From: an uncultured Methanosarcinales archaeon
GTDB taxonomy: Archaea > Halobacteriota > Methanosarcinia > Methanotrichales > Methanotrichaceae
NCBI GenBank assembly: GCA_963843555.1
Contig: CAWJKV010000003.1
Location: 96,001-160,000 of the forward strand
Length of the DNA: 64,000 nucleotides
Reading direction: 5' to 3'
Below the pieces are notes generated by a model. That model was not told the origin of the DNA, did not search any database, and was given only the letters and a program-made list of their open reading frames with translations. Both the position numbers and the translations under genes were made by a program. Numbering within the stretch: the stretch's first letter is position 1; every line of letters begins with the position of its first letter. Shown piece by piece: positions 41,423 to 51,535 of the stretch.

Positions 41423-42253
41423 GTGGATTGGATGAAATTTGCGATTCTACCATGCAGGGCGCCCTTTGGCTTGATGCTGTTTTTCTGCTGCATCGCGCTT
41501 GGTCTTCTGACCGGGAATCCGGCTGCAGCCCAAGATAATTACACCAGCATAAAAGCGCCCCTTGACGACGGAATGAATAATTATGCAGAGCTCGCTACTA
41601 TCTTGTCTTCGAAGGTTAATGCGGAAGCGTACGGTTTGGATGTCTTGAACTATACTGGGGGAAGGGATGTAAAGGCATCTATTCTCTTGAATGGGAGTAT
41701 GGTCAGCATCTATGTATTCTATCCTTGCCAACCTCCCCAAAGGCTGCTCGAGCCAGAGGAACTGAAATCCCTGCTCGCCACTGCTGATCCGACTATAATG
41801 CAGGCGAACTATAGCGACACATTGCTTGGCATCGGCGGTAGACCTGCCGTCTGGGGTGAGATGGGTACACAGATATTTGCCGCATATCAGCCCACCAACC
41901 AGACTGCTGCGTTGGTAGTGATGGACAGGAGCTTGCCTGAAGAGACTATGGCGGATTTCCTGGCAAATATGAGTGTAACTCTGAATGAAGGGGTCACACC
42001 CCTCACGCCAGGCTATTGCCCTGATACCACAGTCGTCTCTGATGAGGCTTCTGCCATTTCCACTGAAGCAACTGAGGCTCCTGTGGAGGAGACTGCCGTG
42101 GAAAATCCTGCCCTAAGCGAACCGCCGGCAGAGAAGCCTACTTTGGAGGAGACCGTAAAAGACAATGCTGCGGCCCGCAACGAGAAGATGGCAGCAGATA
42201 GGGCGGCAGCTATGGCAAAGCTCGAAGAAGCAAGAGCGAGGATGAAGAGCTGA
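41423..42253 (+). CDS. Secreted hypothetical protein
   Basis: Signal peptide, acidic Glu/Ala/Pro linker, helical C-terminus. Confidence 0.7.
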   Translation: MDWMKFAILPCRAPFGLMLFFCCIALGLLTGNPAAAQDNYTSIKAPLDDGMNNYAELATILSSKVNAEAYGLDVLNYTGGRDVKASILLNGSMVSIYVFYPCQPPQRLLEPEELKSLLATADPTIMQANYSDTLLGIGGRPAVWGEMGTQIFAAYQPTNQTAALVVMDRSLPEETMADFLANMSVTLNEGVTPLTPGYCPDTTVVSDEASAISTEATEAPVEETAVENPALSEPPAEKPTLEETVKDNAAARNEKMAADRAAAMAKLEEARARMKS

Positions 42254-42519
42254 AAAGGGTCCCCAAGAGTTCATGTGCGTGTCTCTTAATCTGGCCGGTG
42301 GCCTGCAGTGTATTAAAGCCACTGGCTCATGATTTTTTTTTGCCCTGATGTATCGAAAATTGAGGTGCATTTTTTCATGATTGGCTAACAGCATTCGATC
42401 GGATTGAGAACCTGCACTAGAACTCGGGACTACAGGGACTAGGGACACCAAAACCTTTTAACCAGGATCTTCATAGTAGATAGGATATCTGTGCTCAAAC
42501 ATTAACAGGAGGTGTATTG

Positions 42520-42813
42520 ATGCCATACGAGAGCATAAGCGAGCTGCCCAAGAGCGTCCGAAATCTGCCCAGCCGCGCCAAGGCCCTTTACATGAAGGCT
42601 TTTAATAGCTGCTGGGAGGACCAAGAGAATATTGATGAAGCAGCGCGCGAGAAGGCATCTCACGAATCTGCCTGGTCGGCCGTGAAAGAGCAATATGAGA
42701 AAGACGACGAGACGGGTGAGTGGGTAAAGAGCGAAGAGATCGTGGGAAAACGCTCGCGCCACCGCAAGAGCAGGTCCAGTGGGGCCTCCTCGCAGGCTAA
42801 GGCACACGCATGA
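42520..42813 (+). CDS. ChaB family protein
   Basis: MPYESISELPKSVRNLP..AKALYMKAFNS, AWSAVK.QYEK..GEWV. Confidence 0.85.
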   Translation: MPYESISELPKSVRNLPSRAKALYMKAFNSCWEDQENIDEAAREKASHESAWSAVKEQYEKDDETGEWVKSEEIVGKRSRHRKSRSSGASSQAKAHA

Positions 42814-43049
42814 TCTCCAGAGAGTGATGCTGTCGAGGAACTGAGCCGGAAATGACTCAATGGGCTCCTCTTCAGCTATCTCGTGACTTTTCTAATCCAA
42901 GACGTTCTGGCTTCGATTCATTGCAGTGGTTTTCATCCTGATTCTGTCCTTTGCTCCATAAGCAATCGATTTCATTTGCGATTTCGATATGAGTATTCTC
43001 ACCATAAATTAGTTATAAAATGCGGCCAAGATTGCTGCGGGGAATTCAT

Positions 43050-43484
43050 ATGCCAAAGTTGGCGATAATCTATGCGAGCGGTCTGGGAAGGACCAAAACG
43101 ATGGCCGAAGCCATTTCGAATGGAGCCATGACCATTCCGGGCGTTGAGGTGGTCTTGAAAGACGCCTATGATGCCTCTCCTGAAGACGTTAAGAATGCAG
43201 AAGCTCTAGCTCTGGGGGGTTCGACCTATAACTATAAGCTGATCAAGGCCATGGATCCATTCCTAAATGAGCTGTCAAAGCTTGATCTGAAGGGACGAAT
43301 AGGAGTTGCCTTCGGATCTTACGGGTGGAGCGGAGAGGGCGTTCCAACTCTGATTATCCGCATGAAGTCCTTTGGCATGAAGGTGATTGAGCCTGGAACT
43401 ACAGCCGTACAGGTTCCTTCCAAGGAAGATATAGAAAAATGCTTCTTATTAGGAAGAAGTATCGCCATGGGCCTGGTAAATTAG
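43050..43484 (+). CDS. Flavodoxin-domain protein
   Basis: IIYASGLGRTKTMAEAI, GGSTY, AFGSYGWSGEG. Confidence 0.9.
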   Translation: MPKLAIIYASGLGRTKTMAEAISNGAMTIPGVEVVLKDAYDASPEDVKNAEALALGGSTYNYKLIKAMDPFLNELSKLDLKGRIGVAFGSYGWSGEGVPTLIIRMKSFGMKVIEPGTTAVQVPSKEDIEKCFLLGRSIAMGLVN

Positions 43485-43506
43485 TCTCGAACAGGAGTCG
43501 CAGAAC

Positions 43507-44166
43507 ATGTCAAAAGACATTCTGGAAAAGGGGGCCATTGTGCAGAGGGACAGAGAGACCTTTGCCATAGCCCCGCACATCGCAGGTGGCATAATCGATC
43601 CTGCCGGCCTTAGAAAGATCGCTGATGTGGCTGAGAAGTATCATGCCAAGGCTCTCAAGATCACTTCGGCACAGAGGATCGCCATTGTGGGGATCGATCC
43701 GAAGGACATCGATGACGCCTGGACGGATCTGGGCATGAAGGCTGGAGCTGCCATAGGTCTATGTGTTCGCAGCATCAAGATCTGTCCAGGAACCACATTC
43801 TGCAAGCGCGGCCAGCAGGATTCCGTCGGGGTAGGCTTAAAGCTGGACGAACTATATCATGGGATGCAGCTCCCCTGGAAGTTCAAAATGGGAGTTTCAG
43901 GATGCGCCAACTCCTGCGCTGAGCCGGCTGTAAAGGATATCGGCTTGATTGGAACCTCTAAGGGTTGGAGGGTTCTTGTGGGTGGAAGCAGCGGCGTCAA
44001 GCCAAGGCTGGGCCAGATGCTGGCAGAGAATCTGTCCGATGAAGAGGTTTTATTGCTCGTCGACAGAATAGTCGACTACTACAAGGATCATGCCAAGAAG
44101 CAGCGTCTGGGCGAGTTCATCGATGAGATAAGCTTCGAGAAGTTCAAGGCGGAAATCCTGGCTTAG
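43507..44166 (+). CDS. Nitrite/sulfite reductase 4Fe-4S (siroheme) domain protein, Dsr-LP/NirB-C-like
   Basis: KITSAQRI, SIKICPGTTFCKRGQQDS, KFKMGVSGCANSCAE...DIG. Confidence 0.88.
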   Translation: MSKDILEKGAIVQRDRETFAIAPHIAGGIIDPAGLRKIADVAEKYHAKALKITSAQRIAIVGIDPKDIDDAWTDLGMKAGAAIGLCVRSIKICPGTTFCKRGQQDSVGVGLKLDELYHGMQLPWKFKMGVSGCANSCAEPAVKDIGLIGTSKGWRVLVGGSSGVKPRLGQMLAENLSDEEVLLLVDRIVDYYKDHAKKQRLGEFIDEISFEKFKAEILA

Positions 44167-44234
44167 CAGACGGACCGGGGCCAGGCGTCGCGCCATTTTA
44201 AATTGAATCAGAATTTTTTCCGAGAAATTGGCTG

Positions 44235-44270
44235 GAGAGGCGAATACTCGCGCCTCTTCGTTTTTTTGTT
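44235..44270 (+). terminator. Hairpin plus T-tract
   Basis: agaggcg-aatactc-gcgcctct followed by tcgtttttttgtt. Confidence 0.5.
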
Positions 44271-44277
44271 GATGGGA

Positions 44278-44715
44278 TCAGGGCGGCAGAGTACCGTATC
44301 CGGGTGCATAGGTAGGCCAGTAATAATAAGCCATGTTGTTCTGATACAAATAGGGATTACTGTTCTGATATGTCTGATATGCATTCGGGTAAGCATAATA
44401 GGGCATGTAATCTGGTATGTAGGGAGAACTATATCCTCCGTTCAGGAAGTTGTAAGCCTCTGCCATCCATACGGCTTGCTCATAGTATTCTCGTCCGGGG
44501 CAGGTTCCGTTGTAGAAGCTTTCCAGTTCACAATAGCCACCGTCCGGGAAATAACAGTTTCCGTCTTTGGGACATCCGCCCTGATTCACACAGTACGCCT
44601 CTAACGAATTTCTCGCCAGGCAGGGGCCAGTCCCGCCCAATCCTATGGCAGAGACCGGCTCTGTCGGCAGCATCAAAAACAAGGCAATCAATATCAATAT
44701 TGTAAGTAATCTCAT
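44278..44715 (-). CDS. Secreted Cys-containing protein (DUF333-like) with Tyr/Pro-rich tail
   Basis: Signal peptide; AYCVNQGG...C.FPDG..CE...F..G.C. Confidence 0.7.
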   Translation of the reverse strand: MRLLTILILIALFLMLPTEPVSAIGLGGTGPCLARNSLEAYCVNQGGCPKDGNCYFPDGGYCELESFYNGTCPGREYYEQAVWMAEAYNFLNGGYSSPYIPDYMPYYAYPNAYQTYQNSNPYLYQNNMAYYYWPTYAPGYGTLPP

Positions 44716-44776
44716 AATGTCCCCTCTCTTTTATGACCTATGCTCTTCTAATCTATGAAAGATTTTTGGTTGAATA

Positions 44777-44816
44777 GAAAAAAGAAGAATGATGCCCTGG
44801 GAAATCCCAGGGCGTT
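44777..44816 (-). terminator. Hairpin with T-tract on the minus strand
   Basis: gccctggg-aaat-cccagggc preceded on + by aaaaaaagaag. Confidence 0.55.
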
Positions 44817-44847
44817 GATCCATTCAATTGCAATTCGCCTACGTTAC

Positions 44848-45759
44848 CTAGGCTACTGTGGCATCGATCAGAGCGGTATCGTTGCCTGGCATGGTTACAT
44901 TTTCAGTTTCAATGGGTACTACGATCGCATTTTCAGCTTCAATGGGTACCACGGTCGCATTCTCCGCTTCAACGGGCATCATGGTCTCATTTCCTGCTTC
45001 AATGGGCATAACCTGATTGGCGAATACCAGTCCTGTTACACTCATATCCGTGATGTTCACTGAGAACTTGCCATCGCTGGGTGATACGATTCTCCAGCCC
45101 ATCTTAAGAACTTCTGAGACGACATACTCTCCTGCGGCCAGATCAGAGAATGCGAACTTGCCTTCCATGGAAGTGTTAGCGCTCATGATGACATTTCCGG
45201 CAGGCTGCTCCAGGTTAACTGTCCAATCGGCCAGAACAGTTTCGTTGCTATCCATGGTGCTGTTTCCATTCGTATCATTGAAGGCCATGCCTTCGATAGT
45301 GAATCTTGGAACAACTACTTCGGGTGCGGCTGTCACATTGGCCTCAGGAGCCACGGTCTCTTGTGTAACATTGGCGGCAGGGGCCACAGTCTCTGGTGCC
45401 GGTATGGAAGCCTCTGTCGCGTTTGCAGCACTACCTAAGACTAAAGGCTCCACGGCCTGTTCGCCCGTGGCATTGGCGCCTGCGAGACTAATTGAGTAAG
45501 GCATGACGGTCCCTTGCTTGATCGAGTAGGCAACCCTGGTGCTCTGAACTGCCGGAGTACTGACCGGAGATCCGCTCGTCGCCATATCCTGTGTCATATT
45601 ATGGCCGGGAGCTCCTAATGAGATGCTGTAACCGACTCTTGGTCCAGATGTTGCAGTATATGACTGATTCCCTGCAATCTGATTAGTGAACCCCAAAGCA
45701 GGCATTGAAACGATGGCTGCTATAATGAGGGCCACGGTGATAGCCAGAACTTTCCTCAT
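44848..45759 (-). CDS. Secreted SdrD B-like domain protein with C-terminal 10-aa repeats
   Basis: IEGMAFNDTNGNS..D..E..L..WTV.L, GKFAFSDL..GEY.V.EV. Confidence 0.82.
   Translation of the reverse strand: MRKVLAITVALIIAAIVSMPALGFTNQIAGNQSYTATSGPRVGYSISLGAPGHNMTQDMATSGSPVSTPAVQSTRVAYSIKQGTVMPYSISLAGANATGEQAVEPLVLGSAANATEASIPAPETVAPAANVTQETVAPEANVTAAPEVVVPRFTIEGMAFNDTNGNSTMDSNETVLADWTVNLEQPAGNVIMSANTSMEGKFAFSDLAAGEYVVSEVLKMGWRIVSPSDGKFSVNITDMSVTGLVFANQVMPIEAGNETMMPVEAENATVVPIEAENAIVVPIETENVTMPGNDTALIDATVA
44880..45010 (-). repeat. About four 30-bp tandem repeats encoding P[IV]EA[GE]N[EAV]x..
   Basis: PIEAGNETMM / PVEAENATVV / PIEAENAIVV / PIETENVTMP. Confidence 0.8.
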
Positions 45760-46071
45760 ATTTAATACCTCTTATTACTCTTGCGCATAGCACTTATGAC
45801 TATAGATTAACATCCTCCCTATTGAGAAGAATTGTCGTGAAGTCTAGTTATTCTTCGTATAAATAGACTTTCATGGCCCAAGAGCATCATAGGGGGACCG
45901 CATCACATTATGCTTTTGCCTTTCTCTGGCTGGGGTGGAGGCCTGCTGAAAATTCCCTGTCCTGATTCGTTGGCGGTCTGTTTTATTTATATTTTTTTCA
46001 GTTCATACTATAATATGTTATAGCATATATTACCTTCATTATACTCAATGCAAAGTTGGCTAATGCTGGCA

Positions 46072-46935
46072 TCAATTATCTCGTGGAGGCAATAGATGCG
46101 ATCCATCACAGTTTATGCCCGGGACTGATGCAAAGCCTTCCCGGCAGGTGGAGAATGTTATCCCCACCTTATCCGCACTATCCTTCACCTTCTGCATCAG
46201 AGAGCATCTCAACTCTCGGGGGAGATAGAGGCTTCCCTGCGTGCGGCAGCCTTTCTGGAGCAGTATTCTCAGGGCAATTCCCGCTTCCGGGAAGGCTGAT
46301 GAGATTCTTTTCGTATTGCCAGGTCGGGCTTTGTAGGTGGATGAGACTATGTGCCTGGCCCCGGCATGAGTCGCAGCGTAGACCAGATCCTCAATTTCAG
46401 AATCGTTTATGCCCGGGATGATGGGATCGATGCGGGCCGAGACAGGGACTCCCCGATCCGCCAGTATTGTCATGGCATCAAGGCGTCTTCGGGGCAATGC
46501 AGCTCCTGGTTCCAGCTTCCGGCAGATTGAGTCCTTCAGTGTGGTTACTGTAATTGCAACCGTGGCCTTCATGCTGGCCAGCAGATCTGCATCTTCTGCC
46601 ACCAAATCGGATTTCGTCACCACCTGGACTCGACAACCTTTCTTTTTCAATATCTGCAAGCATCCTCGACTCAGCCTCAGCTCTTTTTCCATTGATGGAT
46701 AAGGGTCAGAGCTGTTGGACATCGCCACGAGGGTGTGGGGCTTGATCTCTGCCAAATCTTTTTCCAGGCGTTTTAAGAGATCGACTTTGGGACGACAATC
46801 CTGAAAGTGGGGGATATAAGATGAGGCGTAGCAGTAAATGCAGCCGTGCGGGCAACCTGTGTAGGGATTCAGGCTCATCTTGGCGGGGCAGGTGCAAAAA
46901 GGGCTCTTCCAGGGGTCAAAAGGTCTGAGAATCAT
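46072..46935 (-). CDS. Radical SAM protein (SplB/photolyase-like family)
   Basis: LNPYTGCPHGCIYCYA, SSDPY..E, VTKSDLV, LEPGA, ARIDPIIPGIND. Confidence 0.88.
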   Translation of the reverse strand: MILRPFDPWKSPFCTCPAKMSLNPYTGCPHGCIYCYASSYIPHFQDCRPKVDLLKRLEKDLAEIKPHTLVAMSNSSDPYPSMEKELRLSRGCLQILKKKGCRVQVVTKSDLVAEDADLLASMKATVAITVTTLKDSICRKLEPGAALPRRRLDAMTILADRGVPVSARIDPIIPGINDSEIEDLVYAATHAGARHIVSSTYKARPGNTKRISSAFPEAGIALRILLQKGCRTQGSLYLPRELRCSLMQKVKDSADKVGITFSTCREGFASVPGINCDGSHLLPPRDN

Positions 46936-48188
46936 TGGCCGCAGATCTCTATGAAATCCCGGCTGGAGCCAAAGCCCGGGCAGTAAGCTGCCTGGAGATC
47001 TCTTGCCATCAATGCTTCGCCTCCGCCTTTCCCCACTCGAGCGTGATAGTCTCTGACTGCCTCACTATCTCCAAGAATCTTCTCCTCGGCAGGAGAAATT
47101 CCCGCGAAAGGCAAGGCTCCGGGCTCCCCAAGTATAGCCACCAGCCTCTTTCTCCTCTCCTGATAGGGTCTGCTGCATGTGTCCTCTCCTGATTGGTAGA
47201 TCAGGTCATAGGCCAGGAGGGCAGGCGATAGGCGGCTCTTGCGAGAGAGGCGACGGCGGTTGATGTACTTCAGCATCTCTGACTGGCGGCATATCTTCCC
47301 CTCCTCGAAGCCGATGAGATCAGCATCTACGATAAAATCCTCTTCAATGGCGCCGAGCTGCCGGGATAGGCCGTTCAAGGCCGTAGTAATGTTACGAAGC
47401 CTGGAAGTGAATATGAGTGTCTCTCCTTTTATTTTATGGACCTGGACCCTCAGGCCGGGATACTTGGGAAGAAAGGCAAACTGCCGGCTCTCGCCTTCGG
47501 ATTCTGGATTCATTGCTCTGCCTTTGCGAATTATCATGAGATTGATGGGGATCCTGGGCTGGATGGTTGATCGCTCCAGCTCTGAGGTGAGGGCCATGCC
47601 CGCGATTCTTCCTGGGTCTGGCATGAGATTGTATGACCTTAAGATCCGGGTTTGGTCGCAGTGGAATGCCTGAAAAAAAGCGGCAAGCATCGTCTTATGT
47701 CCGATGCCGGCCAGCATATTTCTCAGAGCGGTGCGGGCGATGTACTTTCCCTCCAGAGGGGTTGCCTGCAAGAACAGGCCCCGTAGAATGGCGTTCTTCC
47801 GTTGTTCTGATTCTTTGCCCTTCATGCGAGAGACGCGTCTCAGCTTTTCATAGACGGAAAGGGCCTGCAAGGGCTCGCTGCAGAGCGAGTGCTGTCCCTT
47901 CTGGCGCAGAGCCGCCTCGGCTACCAACCCCATCTCGCCCATTCTCTCTCTGAGCCGGGAGACGTCTTCCTCAGATACCTCCGCCAATGCCGCCATCAGG
48001 GCTTCCGGGCCTATTCCCATCTCTCTCTCTTCCCAGGGCAGCCAGAGCTCGCCCAAGAGGAGCCGCACCGCAGGGCAGAGCATCTCTGGTTCTTGATATG
48101 CCAGAAGGCGTGCCGTTAGGTCGACTTTCTGGCGGCGCGGAGCCTGGGATATGTCTTGCAGGGCCTGGGCAATTTGGCAATAGAGCAT
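46932..48188 (-). CDS. ATP-dependent DNA ligase-like protein, degenerate and lacking the OB domain
   Basis: Ligase N-terminal DBD (PLEGKYIARTAL..M..GIG), motif I variant KYPGLRVQVHK, FTSRLRNIT, YDLIY, YQERRKRL. Confidence 0.8.
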   Translation of the reverse strand: MLYCQIAQALQDISQAPRRQKVDLTARLLAYQEPEMLCPAVRLLLGELWLPWEEREMGIGPEALMAALAEVSEEDVSRLRERMGEMGLVAEAALRQKGQHSLCSEPLQALSVYEKLRRVSRMKGKESEQRKNAILRGLFLQATPLEGKYIARTALRNMLAGIGHKTMLAAFFQAFHCDQTRILRSYNLMPDPGRIAGMALTSELERSTIQPRIPINLMIIRKGRAMNPESEGESRQFAFLPKYPGLRVQVHKIKGETLIFTSRLRNITTALNGLSRQLGAIEEDFIVDADLIGFEEGKICRQSEMLKYINRRRLSRKSRLSPALLAYDLIYQSGEDTCSRPYQERRKRLVAILGEPGALPFAGISPAEEKILGDSEAVRDYHARVGKGGGEALMARDLQAAYCPGFGSSRDFIEICGQ

Positions 48189-48488
48189 TTACCTCGCTAT
48201 CTTGATCTTCTTCAGATCCTCTGCCCTCTTGGACAGGTCTCCAATCATGGAGTCCAGCTCTTTCAGAAATGATCTGGTTTCATTGGTGGTCACGGCGCCC
48301 GGTGCTGACGCTTTGATCAGTCCCTCCTGCTCCAATACTCGCAATGAATAGCGCACCTTGTGGCTGGGTATATTTGTCTCCTCAGCCAGCTTGAGAATGC
48401 CGATGGGCTCGTTCTCCACTACTTGCTTGAGTATGACCAGGTGCCGTTGCAGCATCTCAAGCTCACCGCTCACCTTCTCGGTAAGAAT
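48189..48488 (-). CDS. Winged-helix protein (conserved archaeal); start GTG 48473 or ATT 48488
   Basis: MLQRHLVILKQVVENEPIGILKLAEET..P.HKVRYSLRVLEQEGLI. Confidence 0.82.
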   Translation of the reverse strand: MLTEKVSGELEMLQRHLVILKQVVENEPIGILKLAEETNIPSHKVRYSLRVLEQEGLIKASAPGAVTTNETRSFLKELDSMIGDLSKRAEDLKKIKIAR

Positions 48489-48698
48489 TTATATCACATC
48501 CAGTCACGGATAAAACAATATTAATTCGAGTGATGAACTTATAATTCCATCGATTGACACGGCACATGCTAACACAGATAATCAAAATCCGGAGAAGGCA
48601 GGAAATTCCGGATCCCCGGCGGCCGGAGGTTCCTGGCAATGTATTGAGGCTGATCTTTGGACCAGCCCAGGGGCACAGAGATTGATGACTTATGTTAG

Positions 48699-49817
48699 CT
48701 ATAAGCGCGACCGGCGGGAGAGGAAGTCTATGCCGTGCCTGGATGTCAGGCGTTTGCTCTGGTCCTTTCCCAGTATCTGCGGGGACGATACACCCGTCAC
48801 CACAAGCATGGTTCTCAGAGTGTGCTCGAGGTTCTGGTCTATCTGTGCGCCCCAGATTATGCGAGCCTCTGGGTTGATCTTCTGATAAACCTCATCCACG
48901 ACGGTTTCGGCATCGGTGATGGTCATATCCGGTCCCCCCACCACGTTCACCAGAGCTGAGGTTGCCCCTGATACGTCCACGTCGAGAAGGGGGCTACGGA
49001 GAGCCTTCACAACGGAGTCGCGTGCCTTCTCCTCGCCTTCTGCCTCGCCCATGCCGATCATTGCCACGCCGCCGTTGGTCATGACAGTTCTTACATCGGC
49101 AAAGTCCAGATTGATGAGGCCGGGCCGGGTGATGAGCTCGGTGATGCCTTTGACGGATCGCATCAGAACTTCATCGGCTACCTTGAAGGCCGCTTGCAGA
49201 GGAAGGTTGGGCACCACATCGAGAAGCCGGTCGTTTGGTACTACTATTACTGTGTCCGAAACCTCTCGCAGCCTCTTCAGGCCGGCTTCAGCATTCTGCA
49301 TTCTTATGGACCCTTCGGCACTGAATGGAATGGTGACGATAGCAATGGTGAGAGCTCCTGCTTCACGCGCGGCTTCTGCCACAACGGGCGAAGCGCCTGT
49401 GCCTGTGCCGCCTCCCAGCCCGCAGGTTACGAAGACCATATCAGCTCCGTCTACTGCCGCTTTGATCTCGTCAATGTTCTCCTGGGCTGCCTCCTCGCCT
49501 ATGGCCGGCAGGCTCCCTGCCCCCAGGCCTCGAGTTGTCCGTCTGCCTATCAGGAAACGCCTGTCAGCATTGATATGCAGAAGATGCTGGGCATCAGTAT
49601 TGACGGCAAAGAGCTCAGCTCCCTGGATGCCGCATTCTGCCAGGCGGTCGATGGTGTTCGAGCCCCCTCCGCCGCACCCGATGACTCGGATGACAGTGGT
49701 CAGTTCTTCCAGAACCGACACTAGCTCTTCATCGCTCTGGATCATGCTGGAAGGCTTGATCCTGCTATCGGCCTCGGATCTCTCCAGGGCGTCGTCGATG
49801 ATGTACTTAATCTCCAT
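48699..49817 (-). CDS. ftsZ: Cell division protein FtsZ
   Basis: [33 protein letters not shown]. Confidence 0.97.
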   Translation of the reverse strand: MEIKYIIDDALERSEADSRIKPSSMIQSDEELVSVLEELTTVIRVIGCGGGGSNTIDRLAECGIQGAELFAVNTDAQHLLHINADRRFLIGRRTTRGLGAGSLPAIGEEAAQENIDEIKAAVDGADMVFVTCGLGGGTGTGASPVVAEAAREAGALTIAIVTIPFSAEGSIRMQNAEAGLKRLREVSDTVIVVPNDRLLDVVPNLPLQAAFKVADEVLMRSVKGITELITRPGLINLDFADVRTVMTNGGVAMIGMGEAEGEEKARDSVVKALRSPLLDVDVSGATSALVNVVGGPDMTITDAETVVDEVYQKINPEARIIWGAQIDQNLEHTLRTMLVVTGVSSPQILGKDQSKRLTSRHGIDFLSRRSRL

Positions 49818-50035
49818 CCCCCCTTACTTTTTTTCTGCCTGATTCTAGTAATCTATTAGTATATAGATTTTTGCATAGAGAGGACGGATGTCTTAGGAAA
49901 ATATTTATAAATCGTTTGAGAATGGTGGATGAAATTTGTTTCAGAGAATCAAATTACGAAATCCCAATGTGGTCATCGTTCCATCTCAAAATGGTCGCCA
50001 TCAAATTATAATTATCTTTGCTCTAAAACATAAAA

Positions 50036-50431
50036 TCAATTTGACTTCAAGGATTTGAGCTTCTCAATCTGCTTCATTATCCTCTCAGCTTCCTTTGCAT
50101 TCTCTGACTCCAGATATTCGACAATTTCCTGAAGGCTCCTGTTCAATTTGTAGATACGATATGGTCGACCCTTTCCAGGGTTCTTCTCGTCTCTCTCTAC
50201 AATCCAGTCCAATTTACGAATCTCCCGCATGGCTATGCTCACTTCAGGCTGCCGAAGATCCGATCCAATCTCTATCTCGCGAGATGTTGCCTCTGACACC
50301 CCTGCAAGGTAGGTTAAAACCTTGGCCACGTTCCTTTTGAGGCCAATTTTCATCATTATGGATGCAAATTCATCCCGTTCATCTATTGAACCTGAGGCAG
50401 CTGATGTATTCAAAGCGTTCACCAAGCGCAT
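50036..50431 (-). CDS. HTH transcriptional regulator (archaeal ArsR/TrmB-like)
   Basis: GLKRNVAKVLTYL, SREIEIGSDLRQPEVSIAMR, GKGRPYRIY; start uncertain. Confidence 0.82.
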   Translation of the reverse strand: MRLVNALNTSAASGSIDERDEFASIMMKIGLKRNVAKVLTYLAGVSEATSREIEIGSDLRQPEVSIAMREIRKLDWIVERDEKNPGKGRPYRIYKLNRSLQEIVEYLESENAKEAERIMKQIEKLKSLKSN

Positions 50432-50650
50432 AACTAATGGTAACATATATATAAGTTTCGTTGAAAACAATTCCCTTGAAATAGATATGGTATCTGTCTT
50501 AAAAATTATTTTTTATTTTCAAATTTTAAAAAGGTGATCCCTGATGAATTTTGGTCGTCGATAGTTGTGGGAAGATTAAGATAGATCATAGGTGAAAGTA
50601 GATTGGACAAGCCAAATAGCAGGATTTACACTCTTTCATAGGAGGACCAA

Positions 50651-51496
50651 ATGCATATAATGGAGTTGCTGGGCAAATCACGTGTCAAGGTAGATGAGGA
50701 AAAAGTGCTGGAAGCGAGCGAGCCCATGATCGAGTGGTGTCCCCTCTTCGACAAGGTCAGAGGCATAAAACGGGTAACAATCGAGTCGGCGGCTGCCAAT
50801 ATGGATTTTCGCATCCAGAAGCATGGGATGTTCTCGCCCCGGCGAAAGCTGGAAATGGATGCCTTTGTGGGCTTCGGTGCCTCTGAGTCGATGATGACGG
50901 GCCTGGAGAGGGGAATAATTGATGCAGCCGTAACTGTATGCGATGGCGCAGGAACGGTCATAACGCCCAACGGAAAACTTGTCCAGGGAATGGGCGGCTA
51001 CATCTCCGGACTGCAAGAGACCGACCCCATCCCGGAGGTGATTGAGGGCATTCGGGCCAGGGGTGGGCATGTGCTGTCGCCAGAGACTGGCAAGATAGAT
51101 CAACTGGAAGGAGCTGCCTATGCGGCGGCGGCCGGCTATGCCAATTTTGCAGTAACAGTTGCCGATGCGGCATCGGCAGAAAAGCTCCGGGAGCTCGAGA
51201 AGGTGGCCGGGGTCAGGGTAATGATAATTGGAGTTCACCTCACAGGCATAAGCCAGGAAGATGCGTCGCGGCTCGTGGCTGTAGCCGATATTGTGACAGG
51301 CTGCGCCTCAAAGCATATCCGAGAGCAGGTCAAGCCTCTGGTGCAGGTGGGAACGGCCGTGCCACTATTCGGCCTGACCCACTGGGGCAAAGAACTCTTG
51401 GTGGAGAGGGCCAAGGATGTCGAGCAGCCCTTATTGATCAACACCATGCCTCTGCCCGTCCTGCCGGAAAAGAAGCAACCCAGGCCACTGGTGTGA
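50651..51496 (+). CDS. Methanogenesis marker protein 8 (DUF2099)
   Basis: HIMELLGKSRV, CPLF, FVGFGASE, VCDGAGTV, LVQGMGG.ISGL, GVHLTG, CASK. Confidence 0.88.
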   Translation: MHIMELLGKSRVKVDEEKVLEASEPMIEWCPLFDKVRGIKRVTIESAAANMDFRIQKHGMFSPRRKLEMDAFVGFGASESMMTGLERGIIDAAVTVCDGAGTVITPNGKLVQGMGGYISGLQETDPIPEVIEGIRARGGHVLSPETGKIDQLEGAAYAAAAGYANFAVTVADAASAEKLRELEKVAGVRVMIIGVHLTGISQEDASRLVAVADIVTGCASKHIREQVKPLVQVGTAVPLFGLTHWGKELLVERAKDVEQPLLINTMPLPVLPEKKQPRPLV

Positions 51497-51535
51497 GATT
51501 AGATTTTCGGAGTTGCAGATGGATTGAAGCGTCTC

